Position numbers and translations under genes: made by a program. 64,000 nucleotides of DNA, taken from the NCBI GenBank assembly GCA_965140585.1, contig OZ223264.1:608001-672000 (forward strand), written 5' to 3'. The notes beneath the pieces were generated by a model. It did no database searches and was not told the origin of the DNA. It saw only the letters and a list, made by a program, of their open reading frames with translations. Source of the stretch: Spirochaetia bacterium (GTDB lineage Bacteria > Spirochaetota > Spirochaetia > UBA9216). Shown here piece after piece: positions 41,368 to 51,493 of this stretch (position 1 is the first letter of the stretch; every line of letters starts with the position of its first letter).

Positions 41368-42180
41368 ATGGCGGGTAATTTAGGGAATATACAGGAAACA
41401 CTTTTTATTCCCCTGTGGGCAAGGGCGTATACTGCAAAAAAATATCCCCGACTTCTGGATGATAGGGAGTCAGTCCGAATTGTTGATGAAAGCGGTTATG
41501 ATTTTAGTCGGATTGAGACTTCTGAAGAGTATTACACACTTGCTGCAGCGGTTAGAGCGGCTAATTTCGACAGAGAGATCAAAGCCTATCTGGCAGAGTT
41601 TCCTGAGGCCACTATCGTAAGTATCGGTTGCGGTCTTGATACAACATTCTTCCGAGTGGATAACGGGAAGCTCACCTGGTATGATTTGGATTTGCCGGAG
41701 ATTATTAGACTTCGACGAAAATATGTGCGGACGAATGAGAGGACTAGGACTATCGCCCAGTCCTGTTTTGATTACTCCTGGACCGGGCAGGTTGATTATA
41801 ATCGTGAGAAAGGAGTGCTTTTCATAGTGGGAGGGGTATTCTATTATTTTAAAGAGGATCAGGTTTGCGATTTTCTCTCCACTGTGGCCGGAAGGTTTCC
41901 CGGCGGGCGGATGTATTTTGATTCCACATCAAAAGCGGGGTTGAAAATATCAAATCGCTACGTCAGAAAAACCGGAAATACTGGTGCCGAGATGTACTTC
42001 AGTTTAAACGGTACGAAGAGATATTTTGCTCCCTTTCTGTCTAAAATAAAAGTGATTGCCGATTACCCATTTTACAGAAATATCTCACTTGTAAAGAGTT
42101 GGAAATGGAAGACTAAACTGAGCATGAAGTTTTCCGATTTTTTCAGAATGGTTAAGGTGACTGGTCTGGAGTTTTGTTAA
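41368..42180 (+). CDS. Class I SAM-dependent methyltransferase (LCM/TcmP-like)
   Basis: ETLFIPLWAR, IGCGLDT, WYDLDLP. Confidence 0.88.
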   Translation: MAGNLGNIQETLFIPLWARAYTAKKYPRLLDDRESVRIVDESGYDFSRIETSEEYYTLAAAVRAANFDREIKAYLAEFPEATIVSIGCGLDTTFFRVDNGKLTWYDLDLPEIIRLRRKYVRTNERTRTIAQSCFDYSWTGQVDYNREKGVLFIVGGVFYYFKEDQVCDFLSTVAGRFPGGRMYFDSTSKAGLKISNRYVRKTGNTGAEMYFSLNGTKRYFAPFLSKIKVIADYPFYRNISLVKSWKWKTKLSMKFSDFFRMVKVTGLEFC

Positions 42181-42322
42181 TAATCAAACATTCCTGTATA
42201 TAAAATACACTGAGCTTTTGTAAATTTTTACAATGCTGCTTTTACTTTCTCTTGAAAGAAAAATAAATAATAATTACAATTTTTACATTATTAAAGAATA
42301 TATTTTGTAAAAGGATAACAAA

Positions 42323-43894
42323 ATGTTTGAATATAAGTTATGCTCCAGATCGATCTTACTTATACTTGCTTTATCATTTCTTGTGTTTTCATGCACCGAT
42401 ACTATTGACCCGTCATTGAAAGATACTGATCCACTGCAATGCGAAGCTCCGGACTTCTCGATAGAGGCAGGAAGCTACAGTACCGATCAGACCCTGAGCC
42501 TTAACTCAGACACAGACGGTGCTTCAATTTACTATACAACAGACGGTTCAACGCCTTCTTCCTCTTCAACCTTATATACCGGTGCTATCACCCTTAATGC
42601 ATCAGGAACTACTGAAATCTCTGCTATCGCTGTTAAAGAAGATTACACAGACAGCGATATCTCAACCGGGAGCTACACTTTAAACTATGAAGTAATGCCC
42701 CTAGATGAAGACACAACCTTTGCAAATACAGTTAAGTTAAGCTGGGGAGCGGAACAGTCCGCAGCAGACGGCTACCAGATTCAGTATTCTATTTCGGAAA
42801 CAGGTCTTGAGAATAATAACTACATAGAGCTTACATCAAGTACAAACTCATGTGAGCTAAGCGGATTGATTGACAGTCAAACTTTTTACTGGCGTTTCCG
42901 TTCAGTAAAAAGCAGCTCAAGCAGTGAATATGGTGAATGGAGCGATGTACGTACCTTTACAGTAACAGCAATAAGCAGCTCTGCGGCAAATGATGTGAAG
43001 TATCCCTTTGAGCTGGTTTATATTGCAAGCGACAGCGACTATTGGAGTTATTCTTTTAAGCAATTCAGGAATATAGATATGGACGGCGCTGATGATTTTA
43101 CTCCTATTGGAAACTATAATAGCAGCAGTTCAAGGTTCAGAGGCAGTTATGACGGCGGCGGGTATACTATATCCAACCTGTCAATTTATTCTACTGAAGA
43201 TTATCAGGGAATGTTCGGCTGTACTTATTCTGGTGCAACGCTGACTGATATCCATTTGGAAGATGTTAATATTTCCGGAGGAACTTATGTCGGAGGATTA
43301 GTAGGGCGTCTTTATGGAACAGTAAAATACTGTTCTGTTGAAGGAAAAATAACTGCAACTGGTGAATACACCGGGGGGCTGGCCGGTTATACAGAGTACA
43401 GCTCTATATCCGAATGCTATTCAAAATGTACTGTTGAAGGAAATAATTATGTTGGGGGATTTGAAGGTTATTCCCGTTCGGTAAGCCATGACGCATGTTA
43501 TTCTATAGGGACAATAAAAACAACAAATACTAATGGAATAATTGGAGGTTTTGCAGGCATTTGCACAAGACGTGCTTCAAATTACGTAAACGCAACCTAT
43601 ACAGATTGTTTCTCCGCTTCGACGCTTACCGATATTGATACAGCATATGGGTTTGGATATCATAGTCATTCAACAGTTTCTGACTGCTTCTATGATTCCA
43701 CACTATTCACCGGTTCAGAATCAAAAGCAGCCCCGCAATACAGTCTCTACATGAAAATTGAAAGTATATTCATAGACGCAGGCTGGGATTTTGCTGATGA
43801 AGACACTAACGGCACAGAATATATCTGGGACAGAGCAGATACAATCAACGGGGGATACCCCTATCTTGTAAACAATCCGCCGGCCCTGGAATAG
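42323..43894 (+). CDS. Surface lipoprotein with Fn3-associated domain and GLUG-like repeats
   Basis: Lipobox VFSC; IYYTTDGSTP; FTPIG, YDGGGYTISNL, VGGLVG, TGGLAG, NGGYP. Confidence 0.8.
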   Translation: MFEYKLCSRSILLILALSFLVFSCTDTIDPSLKDTDPLQCEAPDFSIEAGSYSTDQTLSLNSDTDGASIYYTTDGSTPSSSSTLYTGAITLNASGTTEISAIAVKEDYTDSDISTGSYTLNYEVMPLDEDTTFANTVKLSWGAEQSAADGYQIQYSISETGLENNNYIELTSSTNSCELSGLIDSQTFYWRFRSVKSSSSSEYGEWSDVRTFTVTAISSSAANDVKYPFELVYIASDSDYWSYSFKQFRNIDMDGADDFTPIGNYNSSSSRFRGSYDGGGYTISNLSIYSTEDYQGMFGCTYSGATLTDIHLEDVNISGGTYVGGLVGRLYGTVKYCSVEGKITATGEYTGGLAGYTEYSSISECYSKCTVEGNNYVGGFEGYSRSVSHDACYSIGTIKTTNTNGIIGGFAGICTRRASNYVNATYTDCFSASTLTDIDTAYGFGYHSHSTVSDCFYDSTLFTGSESKAAPQYSLYMKIESIFIDAGWDFADEDTNGTEYIWDRADTINGGYPYLVNNPPALE

Positions 43895-43930
43895 CTTCAG
43901 TATTCAGGCTTTCATAGTGTTTTTCCGTCT

Positions 43931-46459
43931 TCAAAGCCGTTTAAAATCCTGATTACCGAATGAGTATTCGGCTGTAGCTGTATTTATCCAGATATGATCG
44001 ATTTCCTGCTCCTCAATTTTTCCTTGAAGCCGGATAGTCGGTCGTTTTAGCATGATCCATCCGGCAGTCTCTGAACTTCCCGGTGGGGGAGGGCTGAACA
44101 GTTCAATATTTTGAGCTCTGATTGTAAACTCCTCTGATTGATACAGCATCTTTCGGCTGCCTAAATCACATTTAAGAGACTCTATTCGACCATCATGGTA
44201 TACAGTCCATTCATCAAAACGCACTGAAATATTAGGCATTCCCTTTATCACTGCGGAGACAACGCCTGAAAAGACTGCTTTCTCGCTGTCAAAACTCAGT
44301 AGCTGTGCATCTATTTTTACGCCATCAACATATAATGATGCAGCAACACTATTGCCGTAGCCAAAACGGTTATTACTGAACTCTCTGACATTATTCAGTT
44401 CTATTCCGCCGGTAATTCTTGGATTATTAAAGTTAACTTTAACTGAATCGAATTTCAGAGCAGATTCTTTAATGGCTATGCCGCTGAGCACTATTCCACT
44501 GTTTCCGAATTTAGTTTTATTGGAAGAGCTGACAAAAGCGTCTTTAAACTCCGGGATTGTTCCATTCTGAAGCATCGGCAGTCTTTTAACATATATTTTA
44601 ACACCTCCGAATGCGTGGGACACCAGATAGCCGTCCATAGTAAACTCTCCATTCTCAGAGATTTCTGCAGAGCGCAGCTCAGCATGGTTAAAAAGAAGCG
44701 GATATTCCGGTATGTTTTTAATCTGTGCAGGTTCAAAAAGTCTTCAGTCATAATTGATAATCAGACTGGGTGTTTCGCCGGGGAAGTACTGCTTTTCAGG
44801 AATCATCAGCGGAAATGCAATATTTTCAGGCTTATATATCCAGCTCGCTCCGTACCAGTGAATCCTTCCGTTGCTCAGATTGAATTTATCGGCTTCAAAG
44901 CGCCATCCTTCCACGCTGAACCGGACTGGCTCAGCTGGAGTTTTTATATCAGTATATAGTGCCCCCTGATCAAATACCGCTTTCTCAATATAAACTCCCT
45001 TATCGTCACTCTCCATTTGATATCGCCCGTCAAAAAGCAAATACCCGCTGTAAAACAGCCCTTCTCTGTTTATAGTCCATTTATCGGCGTTCAGCTCTAA
45101 TCCCGAGGGGCTGTAGAATTTGACAGGTCTATAAATTTCATTCACCTCCTGTGATGAAGGATGGATATCTCCATTAGAATCAATAATCAGATTAGAGCCG
45201 GAGAGTGCAATTTCTTCATAACCTGCCGGCTGTATAATAGAGTATTCCTTGAAATTAAAAAGAACTTCATCATCTTTTCGAATTAGGGCAGGATTATGTG
45301 GTTTTAGATACACTGTATCTGCAAACATAGCTGAATCACGGTGAATATTTTCATATGACTGATTGATAAGCGCATCAGATCTATCAAGAGATAAATCACC
45401 TTCAGCGGAAATAGATATTCTGTCGGCAAAAACAGGGACAGTAGCGCCCCTCCTGTTTCGGCTGTTGATTCTTACATCCGTTTTTCCCTGCAGTACTAAT
45501 CCGTCAGCGGTAAGACCAGCCGAACTGAAACTGAAATCCCAGCCCTTATAATTGTAAGATGCTTTCAGGCTGCTCTTCCCGGATTCTGTACCTGAAAATC
45601 CTAAGATGATTCCCGGAATTATGATAAATTCATCCTCGTTAGATACTTCAAAACCAGCAGGTATTTTTACAACTGCTTTATCGGCAGAAATCTTTTCACC
45701 TTCCGCAGGGCAGCCTTCAAGAATAAAATGAATCTCAAAATCGGTTCCTTCCCCAGCTATCAGTGAAAGTCTGTCTGATGTATACGCTGATTCCGGTAAT
45801 ATCAGTGCACTTCGCTCTATAATATCCAATGTGCCTGCATTCAAAACTATTACATCCATTGCAGCATCAAGGCCGAAAAAGCTCACACCATTATCGCGCA
45901 GCACGAGCCTTGAACCCTTGAGAAGCATTGATTGAAAGTTAAATATATGGCTGTTGAGCCTAATTTGTCCGTTGTAGAGTTTAAGACCTTCATCAGGATA
46001 CTGCCATGTCTGTGAATTAAGTTCAGTCTGGAATATTCCTGCGGAAACCCCGGCAACGACTACGGAACATCTAAGTACCGGAAAATCATCTGAATTGAAT
46101 GATATCAGTTCGTCAGCAGTAATTTTCAGCATTCCGCTGTTTTTCAGATAGCCGCCTGCGGAGGTTTCGCTGAGTTTTGTGATACTGCCCGAGCCTATAA
46201 CTATCTCATAATCAGCTATCCGTATAAAAGTATCACGGGAGGGAATTATCGAATCAAATACCCTGAGGATTCGTCTGCCTTTATCGTCAAGCTGAATCTG
46301 TGCATCTCTGATAAGGACCACTATTCCGGAATCTTCCCCGCCAAGCCGCATACTGAGCCCTGACAGTAAGTCGCCTGTTTCGGCTTCCTGGATCATCATT
46401 AAATTTGAATCAGAGAAACTCAGGCTGAATAATAACAGCTGAAACTGTTTCGTGTCCAA
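43931..46459 (-). pseudogene. Large beta-rich hypothetical protein with internal stop
   Basis: ORFs 44744-46459 and 43931-44638 share a frame and are separated only by TGA at 44744-44746. No convincing start or RBS. Confidence 0.6.
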
Positions 46460-46525
46460 GCTTTTATTTACCGGGTATTTCTATTAATGAATGAGATTAT
46501 CAATAACTTTCCTGGACTGATTTGC

Positions 46526-46562
46526 AAAAAAAAGACTGAACAACAGATTAGTCATTCAGTCT
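46526..46562 (-). terminator. Intrinsic terminator after the tRNA
   Basis: AGACTGAA...TTCAGTCT stem followed by a T run on the minus strand. Confidence 0.65.
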
Positions 46563-46571
46563 ACCATCGTA

Positions 46572-46645
46572 TGGGCCCACTAGGGCTTGAACCTAGGACC
46601 CCCTGATTATGAGTCAGGTGCTCTAACCAACTGAGCTATAGGCCC
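46572..46645 (-). tRNA. tRNA with CAT anticodon, most likely tRNA-Ile2 (lysidine type)
   Basis: GGGCCTATAGCTCAGTTGGTTAGAGC-A-CCTGA-CTCATAA-TCAGG...GGTTCAAGCC...GGGCCCA. G1-C72 is paired, so it is not an initiator. CCA is not encoded. Confidence 0.92.
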
Positions 46646-46773
46646 GACGGACTTATATAGAACAATATTATGAGCCTTTTGTCAATAAGAACCAGTTAGG
46701 AAATCGTTATTGATAAATACTGAATATAGTAATAAACTAATACATAATAAAAACTAACTGTAAGGATTTTCAA

Positions 46774-47412
46774 TTGCTTAAAGATGATCGAATCTTCATT
46801 GCTTCTTTTAAGATTTTTGATAAATATGGATATAAACGTACTAATGTTCAGGACATTGCCGATGAGGCCGGTGTAAGTAAAAAGACCATTTATAATCATT
46901 TTACAAACAAAGATGATCTTTTTAATAAAACTATAGAGTGGTATGCAAAGTTTGTTGTTGAAACGTATACAACCTTCATAGATGATGAAAATATAAGTAC
47001 TATTGATAAGCTAAAACGCTTTATGCTTGATTCATCCAACTTTATGAAAAACCGGAACAGCAATATCCATCGTGATATGCTTCACGAAAATCCTCACCTG
47101 AAAGCTGTCCCGAATGTGTATATTCAGAAAAATCTCGCCCGAATGCTGGGGCAGTTGATCGATAGTATGAAGGAAGAGGGTACATTTCGGACTGATTATA
47201 AGACCGAAGCTGTTGTATACCTCATGTTCTCTGCTGTTAACGGACTGAGCAGTTGGAGCAGTCCTGATATGCTGCCGCTGAGTGTAACTGAACTGTACTC
47301 AACCGCAGCAAGGATCTTCTTCTCCAATCTGCTTACTGAGAAAGGCTTAAGAGCTCTCGATTTAACTAGTCTGCAGGAAGGGCTATTTAAAGAAAATGGA
47401 ATACTTTTTTGA
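46774..47412 (+). CDS. TetR/AcrR-family regulator
   Basis: GYKRTNVQDIADEAGVSKKTIYNHFTNKDDL. Confidence 0.9.
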   Translation: MLKDDRIFIASFKIFDKYGYKRTNVQDIADEAGVSKKTIYNHFTNKDDLFNKTIEWYAKFVVETYTTFIDDENISTIDKLKRFMLDSSNFMKNRNSNIHRDMLHENPHLKAVPNVYIQKNLARMLGQLIDSMKEEGTFRTDYKTEAVVYLMFSAVNGLSSWSSPDMLPLSVTELYSTAARIFFSNLLTEKGLRALDLTSLQEGLFKENGILF

Positions 47413-47445
47413 ATGAATACTTCCAGAAGAGTATAATTCCAATAT

Positions 47446-47478
47446 CCTGAGCCGCCATTAAAAATGACGACTCAGGAT
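47446..47478. terminator. Hairpin between convergent genes
   Basis: TCCTGAGCCGCCATT / AATGACGACTCAGGA imperfect stem; pairs better (G-U) in the minus-strand transcript. Confidence 0.6.
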
Positions 47479-47485
47479 TCAGTAT

Positions 47486-48061
47486 TTAAAAAGTAACAGT
47501 GTAGAAAAGTGATGCACCAAACTTTGCAGAATCAAAAACCGATGTTATTATATTTCCAAATATTGCACCAATTAGATCTCCGAGAATAGATCCTGAATCT
47601 ACTGTCTGGATCGGACTGCTTGTTGGTATGAAGCCCAGTGATATATCGGCGCCCAGTTTTCCCGGTCCAATCGGAAAGATCGGAATAGCAAGACCTGTTG
47701 CCGCCCATGGCATGACCGGGCTTTCCGCATAGTAATCGATATATCCGTTTTCCACCTTTGATTCATCCGGATCAACGACTTTAAACATTCCCCCGATATC
47801 AAAATACAGCCATCCTAGCTCAAGACTGGCAAAAGGCCCGATATAGATGTCTGAAAATGTAGTTCCGAAGTATGCTCCGACACCGGCTCCGACAGCCGGA
47901 AATCCCAAATCGTACATCAGTTTGGGGTGAGCAGTAACATAGGTTGAAAAAAGAGAGAAAGATGCTCCAATTTCGGCATCTACCCGCAGCCCCTTTTCGC
48001 TCTCTCCAAAACTGAACGCTGCGAAAGAAAGACATAACAGTATAAAAATTAATCTTTTCAT
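47486..48061 (-). CDS. Small exported protein, probable beta-barrel
   Basis: GGAGG RBS; signal peptide; C-terminal FGASLFYTVTF. Confidence 0.7.
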   Translation of the reverse strand: MKRLIFILLCLSFAAFSFGESEKGLRVDAEIGASFSLFSTYVTAHPKLMYDLGFPAVGAGVGAYFGTTFSDIYIGPFASLELGWLYFDIGGMFKVVDPDESKVENGYIDYYAESPVMPWAATGLAIPIFPIGPGKLGADISLGFIPTSSPIQTVDSGSILGDLIGAIFGNIITSVFDSAKFGASLFYTVTF

Positions 48062-48155
48062 GATATCTCCTCCATGAATAGTATAAATGTATCACCCCGA
48101 TGTGATTTTATCTGATATATTGGTTCTATACCCATTTTTACAACAGGACGGTATT

Positions 48156-49634
48156 ATGGCAAAAAAGATAATTATAATAGGCGCCGGGCTCTCCGGTCTT
48201 GCTATTGCTGCCAAAATGGCTTCAGAGGGTTTTGATGTTGAAGTGTTCGAAAGGCACAGCAGCCCGGGAGGTGTCGCCAGGATTACCGAGGACAAGGGAT
48301 TTAAATTCGATATGGGGCCTACCTGGTACCTGATGCCGGAAGTTTTTGAAAAGTTCTTCAAATCGTTTGGCCGTGATATTAAAGACTACATGGAGATAGT
48401 TGAGCTTGAACCTTCCTATAAGATCTACTTTGAGGAGCAGGGAGAAGCTGTCCTTCATCGTGATATAGAAGAAAATAAAAAGCTGTTTGACTCATTCGAG
48501 AAGAACGGAGGCAAAAAGCTTGTTAAATATCTGAAAGACTCGAAATTCAAGTACAACGCGGCTTTGAAGGAATTCCTTTACAGGGATTACCGGAGTCTTC
48601 TTGATTTTATGCACTGGCCTCTTGTAAGGGACGGGCTTCGTCTGGATCTGCTTAAAAAACTCGATAATTATGCTTCTAAAACCTTCAAGGATCACCGGTC
48701 GAAAAAGGTTGTGGAGTTCAATACCGTATTTCTTGGAAGCAGTCCCTTTAAAACCCCGGCGCTGTATTCACTTATGGCACATGTTGACCTAACAATAGGC
48801 GTATATTATCCGATGGGAGGTATCCATGAACTTCCGAAAGCTCTTCAGCGGCTGGGGACCGAACTTGGTGTAAAGTATCATTTTAATTCAAATGTTGATG
48901 AGATTATGATTCAGAACCGGAAAGCACGCGGAATACGTACAGGCGACCGGCTTGTTGAGGGAGATATAGTCCTCTCTTCTGTTGACTACCATCATGCCGA
49001 AACCAAATTGCTTTCTCCGGAATACCGGAATTATTCCAGTCTATACTGGAAGACGAGGGTTATGGCTCCTTCAACCATGCTCATCTATCTTGGAATCAAT
49101 AAAAAGCTGCCTCAGATTATCCATCATACCTTTTATCTTGCCGATGACTGGGCTGAGCATTTTGATGATATTTTTTCAAAGAAAAAGTGGCCGGATAATC
49201 CCTGTTATTATCTTGGCTGCCCATCCAAGACCGATCCCTCAGTTGCTCCGGAAGGTATGGAAAATCTCTTTGTCCTAGTTCCAGTAGCTCCCGATCTTGA
49301 GGATCATGACAATATCCGTGAAGAGTTTTCCGAAAAAATTATCAGGCATATCGAAAAAACAATCGGTGAGGAATTCCGTGATAATATAGTAACGAAATAC
49401 ATTATCACTCACCGTGACTTTAAGCAGAATAATAATTTTTTCAAGGGCACAGCACTTGGTCTTGCCCATACCCTTATGCAGACTGCTATCCTCAGGCCAA
49501 GCCATGTGAACAAAAAAGTAAAAAACCTGTTCTATTCAGGACATTACACCCAGCCCGGAATAGGTATGCCCATGGCGATGATAGGGGCAGATTTGGTCGC
49601 AGAGTTGATAAAAAAGAAAAGCCGAAAGCTGTAG
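48156..49634 (+). CDS. crtI: Phytoene desaturase
   Basis: IIGAGLSGL, FDMGPTWYLMP, GTALGLAHTL, PGIGMPM; ATG at 48156. Confidence 0.88.
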   Translation: MAKKIIIIGAGLSGLAIAAKMASEGFDVEVFERHSSPGGVARITEDKGFKFDMGPTWYLMPEVFEKFFKSFGRDIKDYMEIVELEPSYKIYFEEQGEAVLHRDIEENKKLFDSFEKNGGKKLVKYLKDSKFKYNAALKEFLYRDYRSLLDFMHWPLVRDGLRLDLLKKLDNYASKTFKDHRSKKVVEFNTVFLGSSPFKTPALYSLMAHVDLTIGVYYPMGGIHELPKALQRLGTELGVKYHFNSNVDEIMIQNRKARGIRTGDRLVEGDIVLSSVDYHHAETKLLSPEYRNYSSLYWKTRVMAPSTMLIYLGINKKLPQIIHHTFYLADDWAEHFDDIFSKKKWPDNPCYYLGCPSKTDPSVAPEGMENLFVLVPVAPDLEDHDNIREEFSEKIIRHIEKTIGEEFRDNIVTKYIITHRDFKQNNNFFKGTALGLAHTLMQTAILRPSHVNKKVKNLFYSGHYTQPGIGMPMAMIGADLVAELIKKKSRKL

Positions 49635-49639
49635 AAGCC

Positions 49640-50305
49640 TTATTGCAGCAGATCCTTTGCAAAGTCTGCCGCGCTGTCAGGTACCGGCCGTTTGGCCCAG
49701 TTGTAATCAGATGAATTATATTCCCGGATGCTGTTTGATTCATGGGTGTTTATTACATATTCCAAATCCATAAGGCCTATACGCAGCGCCTCCGTTTTAT
49801 AAGGCTTGATTGGACCAATACCGGGAAGGCCCTGGCCGAGTCTGTAGTATGATATTCCCCTTAGAAAGCGAATGAACCAGTCCGGATGGCTGTCCGGAAT
49901 CGAGGTCATGAATGCTTCGGTGTTTTTAAGATTCTCTACGCCGAAGATTGTCCTTTTTTTTGCAAGAAAGGCTTCTGTTATCCCCTTATATATTCTGAAA
50001 AGGTTATCATCATCTCCATCTGATTCGGCTAATGCGAGATTTTCAACAGCTTCATCTAGGGTATTCATGCTGTCTGACAGCAGTATCTTGTTTGTATAAA
50101 GGATTCCGAGTCTGAAATAATCATCCGCTGCAGTTTCTTCTATCAACCCATCCAGATAGTCCAGATCGCCGCCAAGCAATGTTGTCATTGAAATTGTGTA
50201 GTATGTAGTTAGTGGTTCAGCTGTCCCGGATAATGCGGACAAGGATGCGGCGGAGGCCGAAAAATAGATAAAAATAAACAGAACCAATAATTTTTTTGTA
50301 CTCAT
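49640..50305 (-). CDS. Hypothetical exported helical (TPR-like) protein
   Basis: GAGGA RBS before MSTKKLLV signal peptide; alpha-helical pattern. Confidence 0.65.
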   Translation of the reverse strand: MSTKKLLVLFIFIYFSASAASLSALSGTAEPLTTYYTISMTTLLGGDLDYLDGLIEETAADDYFRLGILYTNKILLSDSMNTLDEAVENLALAESDGDDDNLFRIYKGITEAFLAKKRTIFGVENLKNTEAFMTSIPDSHPDWFIRFLRGISYYRLGQGLPGIGPIKPYKTEALRIGLMDLEYVINTHESNSIREYNSSDYNWAKRPVPDSAADFAKDLLQ

Positions 50306-50345
50306 ATACCTGTTCCTCTGTCTATAATATAACAAGGAAATAACC

Positions 50346-51452
50346 GTGGACAATAAACTTTTTTTTCTTTTCAGTCTGTCATCACTCATATACTGGCTCT
50401 TCGGCTGGTTTCTCCTTCCAAAACTTCGCTTTCTCACTGGTACGGATGATGAAAAGCTCAAGAACGCCGGCCTCAGTATAATCATTCCTGCACGAAACGA
50501 AGAAAAAAGGCTGCCCATCCTACTACAGTCACTCAAAGCTGAGGGAGCTTTTGAAAAGTATGAAGTAATAGTTGCGGATGACAACTCCTCGGACGGAACA
50601 TCAGATCTGGCTAAATCTTTTGGCTGTAAAGTTCTTAAGGTTACCGGTAAACCTGATGAGGCGCAGGGGAAATCCTGGGCCTGCGCGGTAGCTTCTGATG
50701 CAGCCGGTGGTGACTATTTTCTGTTCCTGGATGCGGATGTGAAGTTTTCTGCGGGAGGCCTTTCCAGGCTGATATCTGAATACCGGGAAGGCATGCTTTC
50801 AGTACAGCCGTGCCATGTTTTTTTCAGATTTTATGAAAGCTTCTCACTGTTCTTCAACCTTATGGCTATGGCCGGGGTTAACAGTTTCTGCTTTCATTCA
50901 AAACCGGCAGAGGTAAAGGGCGCTTTCGGTCCCTGTATGCTCACCTCCCGTAGAGATTACGATGAAATCGGCGGACACCGAGCAGTGGTGTCTGAACTTG
51001 TAGATGATCTGGCCCTTGCCGGACAGTATTCAGGGGCAGGGAAAAAAGTTCAAAATACAGCTGGAGGAGATTTTCTGACTTTCAGGATGTACCCGGAAGG
51101 ATTTAAATCACTCTCCGAAGGATGGATGAAGAACATGGCTGCAGCTTCCGGAAAAAGCTCAGGGCTTGCCGGGCTGTATTTCGGACTTTGGTGTGCAGGG
51201 GTTGCCTGCTGTATAATATCAGCTGCAGTCTCCGGAGGTTGTTTAAATCTTCTTCTTATGGTTCTTTGTATTCATTTCATGTATTCACTGCAGCTATATT
51301 TCACTGTCAGGAGAATCGGAAGCTGGAATTTCGGGCATTGCTGGATATTTCCGGTATATCTGATTTACTTTCTTTACATTATGATCCGCTCTCAGATCCG
51401 CACTAGGATATTCAGATTTTCATACTGGAAGGGCCGGCGAATTAATCTATAA
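50346..51452 (+). CDS. Family 2 glycosyltransferase (carotenoid glycosyltransferase, CrtQ/CruC-like)
   Basis: IIPARNEE, DDNSSDGT, GKSWAC, FLDAD, DDLALA, FRMY, WKGR. Confidence 0.85.
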   Translation: MDNKLFFLFSLSSLIYWLFGWFLLPKLRFLTGTDDEKLKNAGLSIIIPARNEEKRLPILLQSLKAEGAFEKYEVIVADDNSSDGTSDLAKSFGCKVLKVTGKPDEAQGKSWACAVASDAAGGDYFLFLDADVKFSAGGLSRLISEYREGMLSVQPCHVFFRFYESFSLFFNLMAMAGVNSFCFHSKPAEVKGAFGPCMLTSRRDYDEIGGHRAVVSELVDDLALAGQYSGAGKKVQNTAGGDFLTFRMYPEGFKSLSEGWMKNMAAASGKSSGLAGLYFGLWCAGVACCIISAAVSGGCLNLLLMVLCIHFMYSLQLYFTVRRIGSWNFGHCWIFPVYLIYFLYIMIRSQIRTRIFRFSYWKGRRINL

Positions 51453-51493
51453 ATCGGTTTATATATGACTGCTTTTATGTAATAATACTGCAT

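Noticed and set aside
42218-42233. TTGTAAATTTTTACAA palindrome as a Rex box
   Set aside because: Two bases shorter than the 18-bp Rex consensus and in very AT-rich DNA, so it may be chance.
9310-44746. Stop-codon reassignment, selenocysteine or pyrrolysine as the cause of the in-frame stops
   Set aside because: All three stop codons are involved, all three also end intact genes here, and the TGA sites are not in redox motifs.
46572-46645. Initiator tRNA-fMet, or an att-site duplication of the tRNA 3' end
   Set aside because: The first base pair is matched and the anticodon stem lacks three consecutive G-C pairs. No second copy of the 3' end was found by eye.
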